Notes: generated by a model from the letters alone, not told the origin. A stretch of 64,000 bases of DNA from Mobula hypostoma (GCF_963921235.1 NC_086108.1:32490001-32554000); one strand, 5' to 3'; counted from the stretch's first letter, positions 24,180-38,130 are shown. Program-made: numbers and translations.

Positions 24180-24316
24180 CTAAAAGGTTGCAGGGATGTG
24201 CTGAACATTTCCTGGGCTTGTGAAACAGAAGGGCCTCCTCCTAAGCTTAGCTGAGCCTGAGGTTGTCCAGGAATTGGTGCATATATAGGTATGGAGATCT
24301 GCTGGACTGCAGTTGG
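24180..24316 (-). CDS. PRRC2C: PRRC2C exon, 137 nt
   Basis: PTAVQQISIPIYAP...SQAQEMFSTSLQPF(R); phase 0-2. Confidence 0.9.
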
Positions 24317-24429
24317 CTAAAGCAAAAGATGAAAGAAAAACGGTAATTTTCCTTGAACTCGCATCTTTCCATATAACTAAAAGGTCTCACCAGAAACGCT
24401 GACACAATTGCATTAGGTACAGTCAAGCT

Positions 24430-24780
24430 ATGTGATGCGCATGGCTCAACACAGTGATAGTGTTACTGGACGTGTATCTAGAAATCCAGACTACTCAGCG
24501 GGGGCATGTTTTAATTCCAGAATCTCAATTGCAGGTTTAAAGTTGGGATAATAAACTTAATTCAAAACTAGACTGCTGGAAAAATCCATGTGGTTCACAA
24601 ATATCTTTTCTTCCCTCAAGGAAGGAAATCTGACAACCTGGCCTGATCTAGACTAATTGCAACTTCACACACAATTTTGCTGGCTGTTTTAGAGCTCAAT
24701 TAAATGCCAAAAGCAGCAATTAGGGACTAACAATAAATGGCAATCCTGCAAGCAATATCCACATCCCTTGAACAAATAGC
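24430..24780 (+). mobile_element. Old SINE remnant; related remnant near 28720-28890
   Basis: AAAATCCATGTGGTTCAC...GGAAGGAAATCTG...CAATTAGGGA...AATAAATG...CACATCCC motifs. Confidence 0.4.
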
Positions 24781-25654
24781 AATACTCTGCGTCATGGAGC
24801 TAAGCTTCATTTCAGGACAGTTCTTATATCAGATCTGCTCCAATGGTAACTTGTATAATTTTACCAAAGTTCTACCTTTACAGTTAGTTATACCTGCTGA
24901 CTTTCCTGGGAAGCATACTTTCATTCATTATCAGATATACAGAAAGCTCTTTAAATGGTGTGGTTTGAGAAGAACTGCACACCAAGTTTCCATAACTATT
25001 ATTAGAGAATGACAGAATTAAGTAAAAAGATATCCACACAAAATTGAAATATTATTTTCAAGTGAGAATTAATTTATTACAAAGCTGTTTTGGATGCTGT
25101 GAAATATAAAACATTGCAGAGGAATCATGCAGCCATTACAAATATAATATACAGTGGATTCTATCTATTCCACCATTTCATCCGTTCTCTCAAATGTTTG
25201 TTTTGGCTATACAAAGTTACATTTCAGATTACTTCCATATGATATTGGTAAAAATTCTTGGTTTTTCATTACTATTATATTGACTTTTCAAACTAAATTG
25301 TCCTGAATTTGCCCAAATGGTTCTGCTCATTTATTACTTCATTTTAAATCTTCATTTCAAGAGAAATAAATTTACCATGATGAGAACATTTTGTAGAGTT
25401 CCACTTGTCAGATGTAATAAAAATGGTAATTTATTCACATACATATGCATTAGAACATGCTGCCAATACTGCAAATCATTCCCTTGAAGAATGATGCCCA
25501 AATGAAATGTCTTCTAATCATGGGATTTGAGAAGGACAAACTGAAAATTCAGTTAATGTCAGGTTGTTTCCTTTGGAAGACAAGAAATTCGATAGCTTAC
25601 CCAAATTGATTTTCATAAGCAATCAGACAAAATTCTGAAGGAGGCAAATCTTAC

Positions 25655-25767
25655 TTGAGAAGGTCCTGCCTGGAAGCCTTGCTGTTGTGCCAGAGTTGGA
25701 GGAGCCAAGCGAGGATGCTGTGTGTTAAACAAATGGCTGGTATCCATGTAGAAGGTTGGGATCTGCG
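25655..25767 (-). CDS. PRRC2C: PRRC2C exon, 113 nt (alternative in-frame acceptor at 25776)
   Basis: AQIPTFYMDTSHLFNTQHPRLAPPTLAQQQGFQAGPSQ; phase 1-0; donor |GTAAGA. Confidence 0.88.
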
Positions 25768-26488
25768 CTGCAGGCTCTTTAAGTTAAAAAGATTTTCTTT
25801 ATGACTTCTGCACTTTAATCATAAAGGAATGAAACAAAACTCATTTGAAAATAAGATATCCGAAATACTATAAGGTACAAATTTGCTCTTGGTCTCATGC
25901 CAGATATGTACATCTATAGCTGTGTATCGTATTTTGTTTTTGAAATTTATTCCCATTCAATTTCATAACCACGTTTAATACAGTAAATGAGCTTTAAATT
26001 CAATGACTGAATCAGTCAAGATAACAATGCTCAATGAAAAACTGATCCAGGCCATAACTTTGAGGGGGACCTAAAATCAAAACTTTGCACAAACTAAAAA
26101 GTGATTAGCATGCTGATTAACAACTTTCCCCACTACTCAGTTTTTAGGTCATACTGTAACATAACAACTGATATGTGAGCAATTGTCGAAGACCAACATT
26201 TCATAGAGACAATTGTACATTTCATAAACTAGTGTTCCCCAATTTGACATTAGTATGAAAGGCCAATGAATCATGGGGATTTGCAAAGTACAAAAGCTGT
26301 TAATTTCCTGGAGTAGCTAATAAATATTTCAAACTGGATCTATGCCATTATTTGTAGCGTTTGAGTCACAAGGACCTGTTAGTCCACCCTGACAGTATTT
26401 AACTACTTTTTAAATGAAAATCCATTTGCTATTTACTTTAAAAGCTCCAGTTTCAAGCCAAATACCACAAACTTAGATCATAACATAC

Positions 26489-26692
26489 CTGCTGCAGATT
26501 GGGAGACATACACCTGAGGATTCTGTTGTTGCTGGGGTAGAAGAGATGTTACACAGCCTATCTGAGAGAAATGACTTGCAGGTGCCATATTGCTGGTCTG
26601 CAGTTGCTGAGGTTTGACTTTACAAATATTGGGTGGGTCAGAAGTGGAGGTTGCTTTAGTACTCAGTGAGGAGGTAGTGTACGTCCCTGATC
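26489..26692 (-). CDS. PRRC2C: PRRC2C exon, 204 nt (NAGNAG acceptor; alternative start 26695)
   Basis: GSGTYTTSSLSTKATSTSDPPNICKVKPQQLQ...VYVSQSAA; phase 1-1. Confidence 0.9.
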
Positions 26693-27025
26693 CTGCTGAC
26701 AGCAAAGACGACCATAAGTACAACAAATCCATGCTGGTCTACACTCAGCAATTAACAACATTTATGGAAGCTATTATTTGAAACAATGCTAAAGCATGCC
26801 TTGTAATATGCAAACCTTATTGGAAATTAGTTTCAAGAAAACAATCATTTTGAATTTAATTTCTTTAATATTCTCTAAAGGTTAAGAACCTTTGCTTTAT
26901 ATTCAATAAACTAGAATAATTAAACCATCTCACCGCTTTACAGATAAACTAATGAAAACAGGAGTGATCTGCAGTTCACCATATAGTAAAATAATATTCT
27001 AAAAGTGCCACTAGTTTGCAGTTAC

Positions 27026-27212
27026 CTGATAGGGATGTAGTGGGTGTGACTGAAGCTACTGGAATTGGAGGCATGGAAGCACTGGAGAAGGAACTGTAAG
27101 TGCTACTGCTCCCCCCATTACTGCTACTGATTGCTGATGCTGTCGAGGTCACTGGAGAGCTTTTATCTCCTACATTTGGCGAGTTCTCCCAGGCCTTCCG
27201 TGCGCATTCCAT
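27026..27212 (-). CDS. PRRC2C: PRRC2C exon, 187 nt
   Basis: MECARKAWENSPNVGDKSSPVTS...SMPPIPVASVTPTTSLS; phase 0-1. Confidence 0.92.
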
Positions 27213-29716
27213 CTTAAACAGAAAGAAAAGTCCATTTGTTTTGCTGTGTTCAAGGTCAGATTTCACTTAGCTGTAATCGATTTCACAATCCCATTTTAAT
27301 ATCCAGCATCCCAAATCATAACCTGCTCATAAACAAGACCAGACAAAAATGATTTAAAATAGGTTGATGATAACAGGTATCGAGATGTTATGCAACAAAA
27401 TAGGATATCTTGTGTACAAAAAAAAATTTAGCCTGCCTTTAAAATCTCCATGTTATTCCTAAACCTTTTGTAAGTGTTAGTATAATATGGAACAATGGCT
27501 AGCGGTGAGAGAACTCTGGCAATGATAATTTACATCACTACAATGTACTTCAAAAACAATGATAGTCTCAAAAAAAAAGCACCATGTTAAATGCACCATC
27601 ATTAATGCTGGATTATTTCAATTAAATTAAGCTAACATTTATTACAAGCTTAAAGCTCAATATTTTGAGTTTTTCAACTGTACAGTCATTTAAAAGTACT
27701 TTAGAAGACTAAACTTCAAATATATGTAACAGAACTTGTTTTAAAACTGTGACCTAGAAAGTCAAATTAGAAAAAAAATTACTTACCTTTTCAATATGGT
27801 TTTTGCTTTTTTCTAAATTTATTCTTCACAAAACTAAACAGATCACCACCACCCCAGTGTCCTCACCATCATGGGACAATGTTACTTAATGTGCATAAGG
27901 AATGGTATATTTGTATATAGCCACTTTGCCCACGGCCTGAGTCAGTGCATGCAAAATTAAACAAGTTCCTTTGGTAAGGTAGTATTTATTTTGATGGCAG
28001 AGGATTTTCCTGCAGGGCACAGAATGAATGACACTTCCCCTTCATTCAATATGTTGGCACTCAAGGTATTGAATAAGTTATGCAAAAAGCTGTACTATGG
28101 TTGTTTTTGTAAACACTTTTTGTAAAGCAGTAGTGATAGACTTTGCTACAATTAAAATCAAGGCATTAATACTGACAAGTATCACATTTTGATTAAAGAA
28201 TTTAATACAAAAACAAATTACCAATATGATTGGAAACCAATGAGTAAAATATGATTAAAATCTGCAGATTATTTGTGTATGTGTTTCTTTAAACTTGCAA
28301 AATCTCAAAGCTAGATAATTCCTCACTCGTATTGTCTTTGGTGAGACTTCATTCTGTATTAGCTGGGTATAGGACAGGAAAGGAATCAAACCCTTAAATT
28401 GAGATCACAATAAATCAGCAATTAGGTACAACTGAGTGCAATTGTTAGATGTAAATAAAGGTTTATCTAGTCATCTTTCCCATCAGTATGGGGTTGGGGG
28501 AGAAGTTTTATCTATATTCAGAGATTAAAATAATAAGGAATTACATAAATTGATTAACATTTCATTGTTAGAATTATAGGATTCCCTACACTACTAAATG
28601 AGTAAAGGCACATCAATTTGAGATCTGAAACTAGCAAAGTTTTACTTTAACGGTGTACTCCATTTCCTTTGGATAGCCAATATAAAGTAGGCAGGAAAAT
28701 CTGATTCAATATACACCATAGTATTAGTAATTAAAAGCTGGTGAGTTCAAATCCCAGCATGACAATCTACCACATTGTGGAAATCAGTGACTTGTAAACT
28801 GATCCCAAAAATGCAATTTTAAAGTTTGCCAAATTGTTACAAAACCCCATTTTACTAATCAGCTTCATAGAAGGGTCTCTGCCATTGCCATTCTGTTACA
28901 TGGAAACAAAGTAGCTGTAGTCTCTCTTGGAATAAAATTTAGTAGGGAAACATTGCTTCGTTCATTAAGATTTGAAATGCATTACCTGAAAGGATGATGA
29001 AACCAAAGGCAGCTGGACATGCACTTGAAGAGGTTTAATGCGCAGCATTTTTGAATAACTCTTTCATTTAGGTAGCAAAGGCATAACAATCTGAATGATT
29101 CTTGCTGTTCGATTTATTAAGAGGACAGATGGCTTTGTAAGAAGCTGAATGAACAACTGACAGCAAGCATTTCTCAACTGCAGTAACAGGTCAATTATAA
29201 ATCAGATGCCAGCTTATTAAATCTGTCTCACTTTAATCAGACTACACCCACAGTACACTTAGCTTCTCCTTTACTATAAGCTATCCTAAAGTCACCTGAT
29301 AACCTTTGGAAAAGTTAACCCATGAACAGAACAACTGATGTGTTCTAACAGTGGCGCATCCTATGATATTCTTTGAGGCAAAAGAGCAGCAAACTTAAAG
29401 GACTTTGTAGATGACTGTACAACACTTGCAACAACAGTTTAAATGAAATAGCAGCCTGGAATACTCATGGGCCTGAAGGTATACAAAATAGCTGTGCTTT
29501 GGATAAACTGCAGATTTGTGATCCTCAGTCATAAAGCATTACACCAGCAAAAATATTAAGGAGGAGCACTGTTACAGATCATGACAGTTTAATGGACATG
29601 GGATATTCAGGTAGAGGTGATGGAAGGTAAAATGTAGGGTAAAACGATGTACAAATGCATCACACCCAGCTCTCTCCCTGCATATCAAAATACCCCTAGA
29701 GGGATCAAGTACATAC

Positions 29717-29818
29717 CTTGAGGGTGAAGTCGACAGTGGCGGGAGAGACTGGTGTCAGGTTGGAGCTCTGTTGTAGAGTCTCCCTCCTGGGGATGGGAAG
29801 GGTGTGGGGCAGGGGCAC
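29717..29818 (-). CDS. PRRC2C: PRRC2C exon, 102 nt
   Basis: VPLPHTLPIPRRETLQQSSNLTPVSPATVDFTLK; TTTCAG| acceptor, |GTATGT donor. Confidence 0.9.
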
Positions 29819-30329
29819 CTGAAATGCAGGCAACACACATCACACTCTCACTGGAACTAGAAAAACTACAGAATCCAAAAATGTTCAGAAAAATCCCATA
29901 CATTTAACATTACTGCAAGTATTTTTGTCTATTTACACAAGAGGTCAGTGGTGATTCTAAACAACACAGGCTTCAGATAATTATAAATACATTAAGTTTC
30001 TGAAAAGGGCTTAGGGTGCAGGAAATTTTAAGTTGCATTTCACCTGGTCTAGTGCAAGCTATTCTTTAAATTAAGTGAACATATCAATTTTAAAGTTATG
30101 TGCGAACACAAGCCTCTGTTATGCGATTGTGCAGATAAACAGTTTGGATGTTCCCTTATAGAGAATAGTACAGCCGCTAACAGTAATACTTAACCTGGCA
30201 ACAGGATCACCTACATGACACAGCTTTGCTTCAGTAATCTTCAGCAGGAAGCTCATTATTCAAAAAGTGTTTGTGAAATGGAATGGCACTTCAAAACATA
30301 CAACAAGTGTTCTTTGTTGTGTTACTTAC

Positions 30330-30422
30330 ATTGCTTGCCAGGGAATCCTCTATTTTACTATTGCCAGTTGACACCGAATCTGGCAGTGACGAGGATGGAG
30401 CTGTATAATCAGTCATTGATTC
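30330..30422 (-). CDS. PRRC2C: PRRC2C exon, 93 nt
   Basis: ESMTDYTAPSSSLPDSVSTGNSKIEDSLASN; |GTAAGT donor; phase 0-0. Confidence 0.88.
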
Positions 30423-30990
30423 CTAAGATTTAAAGTTGATGTATATTCAGAACTTTAAAGTACACATTTGCTGTCAAATCTAAAACACAAAGCATACTAA
30501 CTGGTTTGTACTGTCCCAAATTATCTCCACACTTTGGAATCGAGACAGGTTATTTTGTGAACTAGAAAACATCTAACCTTTTAATATTTGTGCCCACTAC
30601 GCCATGGAACATATGAAATTTAAATCATGTTTTTTTAAAATTTCATGTTTCTGACACCAAAAGGTTTAGGTTGGAATCCACCACAAATCTCTGGCATATA
30701 ATTATAAAGAATAATATTCCTGACATTAGAAGGTAAAATACATTCAGTGGCCACTTTATTAGGTACACCTGCTCATTAATGCAAATATTTAATTGATCAT
30801 GTGACAGCAACTCATTGCATAAAAGCAAGCAGACATGGTCGGGAGATTCAATATTATTCAGACCAAAGATGAGAATGGGGAAGAATTATGATCCAAGTGA
30901 CTTTGATCACATAATGATTGCTGCTGCTGATGGGGTGGTTTAAGTATCTCAAAAACTGCAGACCCCCTGGGATTTTCACAGCCTCTAGAG

Positions 30991-33258
30991 CAGCCTTTCT
31001 CAATCTTTTTGTCCTGGACGACCCCTTGAAATAACTTTCAGGTCTCAGGGAACCTCTGCATAAAAGTTACAGCTCACAGTACGTTAGTGTGATCAGTAAG
31101 TTGTAGATATAATAATCTAAAATTAATTGTCAATGCTCTTTTGAGTAGAGAATGAATTTTTAGCTCTGCTTTCTTGAAATTAATCTGTCTTTCCCTTTCA
31201 TAAATTTTAAAAACTCATAAGGCAAACATAATAAATTTCTCAATTCTGGGTCAAACTGAGATAAGCGCACACAGATTTCACCTTCAACTGAAATGAAATG
31301 ATTTCTAACCTTGCTCTTGATGCTTGTTAAACAAGAAAAAGTTTGCTTATGCATGTAAAAAGTTGAAAACTGCAGCAAAATGTTCTTTGCATCCCTTATG
31401 AATAGCAGGATACTCTTCTTTCACAGAAATCCAGAATTTGTCCAGGGGCAGGTCAGTACATCTTATTTTGAATGCATGATCAGACTGCAGCTCACAAGGT
31501 TCTCCCTCTTCTCTTGCAGTCAAGTTCTCAGGATGAGCAGAAGATTCAGAGGAAGTGTCCCTCACCCAGTAAAACACTTGTGTTGAAAGGGAGAAAAAAA
31601 CTGTTCAATTTTGCTCTGCAGTTCTTCCAGGTGGCTTTCAATAAGATTAAAGACTTCCTGATATCCTTTCTCACTCTCAAGCCAAAGAAGCAGTGGAATC
31701 ATTTCAAGATTTCCTTTTGCAACACGATTTTTCCAAAGATTCATTTTCCTTTTAAATCCAAAAACCTTGTCACTTGAAGTCAAAGCACTTTCTCCAGGGC
31801 CCTGCAGAGACGTGTTCAACCGGTTCAGGGGTAAGTTTTTAAAAAAAAACAGACAGTGGTGAGTGCGTGGAATGGGCTGCCAGAGACTGCGATGGAGGCG
31901 GATACAATCGGGTCTTTTAAGAGACCCCTGGACAGGTATGTGGAGCTCAGAAAAAAAAGAGGGTTACAGGTAACCCTGAGTAATTTCTCAGGCACAGCTC
32001 AGGCACGTTTGGCATAGCTTTGTGGGCGAAGGGCCTGTATTGTGCTGTAGGTTTTCTATGTTCATATGATGAAAAATGTCCATTAAGTATGCTAGTTTCA
32101 GCAGCCATTCTTCACCTTCAAAGCATTCAGCAAAATCTGGCCTATTTTCTTCACAAAGTACTCCTGTAATTCACCTTTCAGCTCAAACACCCTGTTGAGA
32201 ACTCTTCCTCTACTAATCCACCAGATTACTGTGTGTAGCAGGAGATTGGTGTGTTCTTTGTTCAGGTTTTCAGTTTTTTAAAATGTTCTCTAGTGAACTG
32301 GTCTTAAAGCTACTAAATAACTTGCTTCCTGAGCCGTTTTACTGACCATGACTATTTTCATAAGTTTTAATCTGTTTGCTTTGAGATTCCAATAGTTGTT
32401 TAAAATAATCAGCACTTTTGTGTCATATAGCTGTGATAAGTAGTTAAGTGTCTTTTCAATTTTGCTGGAGTCACTTCTGCATTTCCAAGTTGTTTGCCAC
32501 AAACTAGGCTCAATGGAATAGGACAACTTGGATCACAAGTCCATGTAAAACCTGTTGATAAGTAGCTTTCATTGTAAAGACGGACTTTTTCTGTGTCTGC
32601 TGTTGCACTACTGCAATGAAATGACTCAGAAGATTGTAATTCTTCATTAACCTTATCAGAATTGTCCTTAGGCCTAGGACTAGAATCCTCCTCTTCCAAA
32701 AAAAAATTCAAATCGCCACACTGGACTGTCTTTAGAATGAAAATATCCCTTCAGTTTTCTACTACACTGGTAATTTGTTTGCTCCCATAAGTCAGATGGC
32801 GGTGTGTAACGGAAAGCTGGGGGAGTTAATTCAGGAGGGAGAGGCTGATATCACATCCCAAGCTGGGCTGGTCCATTCAATGTTCAGAAAACATACTTCA
32901 CTCTTCTCTTCAACCTACCATCCTCCACTCTGCAATACAGTGCTAACCATCAGCCTGCTATCCTCCCCTCCGTGCTCACCAATTATCAACCTACCGCGCT
33001 CCCCTTCGGGCAACAGTGCTCACCAATTATCAACGGCCTCCCCTATCTCATGTCAAAAACTGAGAATGGACTTAACCAAATAAACATGGTCCTACTGTGC
33101 ACTGCCATACTTGGCTGAGAGACCTCTAATGAGATTGCTATGTGGCTGCTCAGTCACTGCCCACCACTGCATTGCACATTGTCAAGCCCAAAAAATGATG
33201 TTTTTTTTTAAAAATAACCACGATATCTCACAGATGGTAGCCTGGCTGAGAAACCCTG
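30991..33258 (-). mobile_element. hAT-Charlie DNA transposon with decayed, internally deleted transposase
   Basis: Perfect 8-bp TSD CTCTAGAG (30983-30990, 33259-33266); TIRs CAGCCTTTCTCA / TGAGAAACCCTG; YNESYLSTGF...PAKLKRHL, LNTSLQG, FWISVKEEYP motifs. Confidence 0.88.
31828..32064 (+). mobile_element. Short CR1 3' end inserted in the Charlie transposase
   Basis: GTGGTGAGTGCGTGGAATGGGCTGCC...GGGCCTGTATTGTGCTGTAGGTTTTCTATGTTC; GTTCA at both junctions; removal restores YLMDIFHHMNRLNTSLQG. Confidence 0.8.
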
Positions 33259-33803
33259 CTCTAGAGTTTACAAAGAATGGTGCAAAAATAATTTTTAAAA
33301 ATCCAGCAAGCAGCAGTACTGCAGGTGAAAATGCTTTGTTAATGAGAGGGGTCAGAGGAGACTAACCAGACTGGTTCAAGTTTGGTCACTGACAGTAGTT
33401 TAGATACTCATTCAAGAAATCAGCCTTTTGGAAGAAATCTACATTCCCTTAAATTTTAACCTTGTGTCAAGTAGACACAGACAATTCGCAGTTCTAATTT
33501 TTTAAAAACAAGTATACAACCACAGTTTAAATCTGCACATACAGCACTGTAATGTATAAATACATTGGTTTTTTTTATAACCTTCTGAAATGCTTTACTT
33601 GTATGTGAAAGGCTGTCCCAGACTCCATGAAAAATTGCTAGGTTCTTTAGTTAACGTACAAATAAAGAAACATTCAAATTACTTCCATGACATATTTTGA
33701 TTTTTTCAGACATTGGTCAAGTACAAGTGCAGATTGTGGCCAGCTACTTTCCGTAATAGAGGGAAACAATAGATGAATACACCATGCATTAGAATGATTA
33801 CAC

Positions 33804-35630
33804 TTTACTTGTAAATATAAAGATTTATTTAAGATTAACTTTTTACCATTAATAGACCATATTACTCAACTTTCATCTATATGGTTTTCTTTATATTTAA
33901 CTTTGATTGGTCATATTAATGCAGTTAAGATGTTTTTTTGCCAAAATTTTTATATGTGTTTCAGGCATTACCAATTTTTGTTCCAAAATCTTTCTTTGAT
34001 AAAGTTGACTCTAAAATTTCTTCATTTATTTGGCAGAATAAAAATCCGAGACTGGGTAAAATACATTTACAGAAAGCTAAGAGAGATGGAGGTTTAGCAT
34101 TACCTAACTTTAGATTCTATTATTGGGCAATTAATATTCGACATATGAAATTTTGGTTACTTGACCAGGATATACTATCTATTCCTAAATGGGTAGCATT
34201 GGAACTACAATCTGTTCAGGGCTATACACTTGGCTCTATTTTAGGTTCCTCTCTCCCTTTTGATTCGAAACGCCTTAAGCAGGTGTCTAACCCGATAGTT
34301 AAATATGCTTTGCGTATTTGGTTTCAATTCAGAAAATTTTTTGATCTTAATCAATTCGGGTTAGCGATTCCTATTTTAGGTAACATATTTTTTCCTCCCT
34401 CTTTTACGGATCGCACTTTTCAAACTTGGAAGACTAAGGGTATTTTACGGTTTTTGGATTTATTTTTAGATGGTTCCCTTATGTCTTTTGAACAATTATC
34501 TAATAAATATAACTTATCAAGAATACATTTTTTTAGATATTTACAAGTTAGAAATTTCCTAAGTACTATACTTTCTTCCTTTCCAATGCTTCCTCCTACA
34601 TATATTTTAGATTCGATAATTAACCTTAATCCATGTCAGAAAGGTGCATCGGCTATGATTTATAATATTATTATGAAACTTAGGAAAGCTCCATTTGATA
34701 AGATTAGGGTAGATTGGGAACAGGAATTGGGGCTTACCATTTCTGTGGATGATTGGGGGCAGATTTTACAATTAGTTAATACTTCCTCTATTTGTGCTAA
34801 ACATTCCCTAATTCAATTTAAAGTTGTTCATAGAGCACATATGTCCAAAGATAAGTTAGCGCGTTTTTACTTGCATATTAATCCTTTTTGTGATAGATGT
34901 TCGGGGCAGATAGCCTCTTTAACTCATATGTTTTGGTCTTGCCCTACTTTGGAAACTTTTTGGAGAGACATTTTTAATATTATTTCTAAGGTATTAAATA
35001 TAGATATCTCTCCTCACCCTATTACTGCTATCTTTGGATTACCTAAAATTTCTAGTAATCTTTCCCCTTCAGCCCGTAGAATGATTGCATTTCTTACTTT
35101 AATGGCGAAAAGATGTATTTTACAACATTGGAAAGAGCTTAATGCTCCAACTACCTTTTTTTGGTTCTCTCAGACGATAATATGTTTGAATCTGGAGAAA
35201 ATTAGAAGTAACCTTTATGATTCTTCATTTAAATTTGAACAGACTTGGGGATCTTTTATTCGATATTTTCATTTAATGTAATGTATACCCTTCTTGTTTT
35301 TTTTCACTGTTTTTAATGGAGGTCGGGATTGAGGACGTGATTTTAAGTTTAACTCTGTTTGGTTTCAAGTTAGCCCATTGCTTTGCTTTTAGTTAGTTGC
35401 ACGGTGGGTTTTTTTTTGGGTTTTTTTTTTCTTTTTTTCTATTGATATATATATAAAATTTAGTATACTATTATGTTATCTTGGTTTCTTATGTTTAAAT
35501 TACATTGTTTGTAGTATTCTTTTTTGGTATTGATACCTTCTGTAATTTTATTATATTTTAACATTGTATTAATGTTTATATGGCTTACCTTTTTGTATAC
35601 TTGTTCAATAAAAAGATTTAAAAAGAAAGA
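33804..35630 (+). mobile_element. L1-clade LINE, 5'-truncated, young
   Basis: 447-aa open ORF2 C-terminus (GGLALPNFRFYYWA, CDRC...HMFWSC zinc finger), T-rich 3' UTR, AATAAA, 14-bp TSD TAGAATGATTACAC (33790-33803, 35631-35644). Confidence 0.92.
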
Positions 35631-37099
35631 TAGAATGATTACACATCTTAAGGATATCTGAGACACCTGAGTGACAGGGCAAAGCCTTGTTACATCTACA
35701 ACTCTAGACTTCAAGTGGCTCATCAATCACAACAGTCTAAGTATTTCAGTAAGCTGTCTGTGTTAGTTTTTAGAACATTGAGGCACACCGTTCATTACTT
35801 GAGTGGATTAGGTATACCCAATGGTGTCAACATGATTGTTCTGATACGTCTAGAGTGCTAAGTGTAGTGGGTAGTACTTGTTGCTCTCACTTCCAGCTTC
35901 CACCTCTGGCTAGCAGTCTTGCAAAAAGGAGAACTGAATGTGTAAGTCTCCCCCTGTTAGTACATACTCTTTCCAACAGCAAGCCCCATGTAGTGCCTCC
36001 TTGTGGGCAACACATGGAAACTGAACTCCGTTAAGACTCAAGCTGAACTACAAAGGACGGGGATGAAGTCTGGTCCCTGCACATGCCCTGGTGCTCATGA
36101 ACCAGATCTCCAGCTATGGGTAAATAAATCCACTGCTTTGTGGGCAGCCTTGGACAGAAAAAGGCTATGTGACTAAACCCAGACAGTAAGTGCAGAGTGG
36201 AGCCCCCAAGGCAGCTGGATGTCTCTGAATATCCTTCTGGTAGCTCCTGCAACCAAGCTGGTGCCAAACGTACTGCTACACAAGCTTTCCTTTGGCCTAC
36301 ACTGGTGAGGCCAAGAGGGGGCCTTGACAACTGGGCACCTCAGGATCTCCTTAACTTCCACCCAGGCTTGTGATGATAATCATCATCTCCCATTGTTCTT
36401 CAAGACTGACAGAAGCTAACCAACCATTAGGTACATAGAGGGCCTTAGTGGCAGGTTATCATATACTAAACAAGGACTTAGTTTCCCAATAATCACTGAT
36501 CTGTGTACACTTAGAATCAACGTATAGCACTGGCCAATATTTGAGGTTAGAGTTCAATGTTTTCAAAGGTACTTCACTCACATTCTCTTTTAATTTATGT
36601 ATACTGATGTGTATATCTTCTGGATACTTGCACTGGCATTTTAATTCATAAGAACATGAATTAGCAATTTGAAACTTAACATTTAAATTTGATCAAAATT
36701 CAGTCCTTTCCTTAAATCGTTGTCAGATTAAAATACTCAGCATGTTAAGAGTGCTGCTGCTTTATCCCAGGAGTGGACAAGGCACATCTGCATTGAAATA
36801 AATTTTTTTGTCACTGGTCAAATACTGGTCCTATTGTCCTACTACCATCTCAGAAACTTTAGTAGTCAAACCAATTTTCTAATCAATCTTAATTTCAACT
36901 GAATAGTAGGGAAGTGGGTTCAACAGCTTAGCAAAGCACGGATAAAGTAAAAAGGGAACAGAGAGTTACGGGTAGTTACAGAAGTCTCCAGGCTAAAGGA
37001 TAAGAGAAAAAGTTCAGAAAGGGATAAGAATTTAAGTTCCAGCAACACAGATACAAAATTGAAAAGGGGGTGAAAACAGAATTGAAGGTATTTAGCAGC

Positions 37100-38130
37100 G
37101 AGTGGAAATAAAAGGGGCCTTTTCTGGTTGGTTGCCAGTGATTAATGGTGCACTGCAGGGGTCAGTGTTGGGTCTATGACTTTTCATGTTATATGTTAAT
37201 GCTCTGGATAATGGAACTGATATCTTTGTGGCCAAGTCTACAGATTATACAAAGATAGGCTAAGGGGCAGTTAGCATTGAGAAAGCAGGGTAGTCTGCAG
37301 GAGGACTTGGACAGATTAGGAGATGGGGCAAAGTAGCAGCTGGAATACAGTTTTTGGGAAGTCATGCACTTTGATAGAAAGAATAAAAGGTGTAGACTAT
37401 TTTCGAAATAGGGAATGAATTTAGAAATCGGAGTTGCAAAGGGACTTGCGAGCCCGAGTGCAGGATTCCCTAAAGATTAACTTGCAGGTTGAGTCAGTAG
37501 TAAGGAAGGCAAACGATGTTGGCATTCATTGCGAGAGGGTTAGAATATAAAAGCATGGATGTAATGCTGAGGCTTTATAATGCATTGTTCATACCACATT
37601 TGGAGTACTATGAGCAGTTTTGGGCCTTGGATCTACGAAAGGATGTGCTGATATTTGAGAGGGTTCAGAGGAGGTTCACAAGAATGATCCTGGGAATTAA
37701 AGGATTAATGTACGAGGTGTCTGATGGCTCTGGGGCTATACTCACTGGAATTTGGAAGAATGAGGGAAGATCTCGTTGTAGGTTACTGAATATTAAATTA
37801 CCTTGACAGAATGGACGTGGAGAAGGTTTTTCCAATAGTGACAAAGTCCAGGACCAGAGGGGCAAAGTGACAGAATATAAGGATGTCACTTTAGAAAAGA
37901 GATGAGGACGAATTTTGATAGCCAAAGGGCTGTGAATTGGTGGAATTCATTGCCACAGATGGCTGGGGCAGCCAAACAAATGGATATAACTAGTGCAGTT
38001 TGATAGGTTCTTGATCTGTTGAGGCATCAAAGGTTGCAGGGAGAAGGCAGGAGAGGGGGCAAAAAGAGGGGCCACGATTCAATGGTGGAGCATATTTGAT
38101 GGTTTAATTCTCATTCTGCCTAATGGTCAT
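37100..38130 (+). mobile_element. Degraded CR1 RT and 3' fragment
   Basis: QGSVLG, MLAFIARGLEYKSMDVMLRLYNALFIPHLEY, ERVQRRFTRMI. Confidence 0.8.

Larger units (their letters stand above)
30741..33385 (+). mobile_element. Tc1-like element 5' portion (30741-30990 and 33259-33385) split by a hAT insertion
   Basis: TA|CATTCAGTGGCCACTTTATTAGGTACACC terminus; transposase-like SISKTADPLGFS...SRVYKEWCK reads across the insertion. Confidence 0.65.

Noticed and set aside
33938..35281. 447-aa ORF as a nested host gene
   Set aside because: It is the L1 ORF2 C-terminus in a 5'-truncated, TSD-flanked insertion with no promoter or true start
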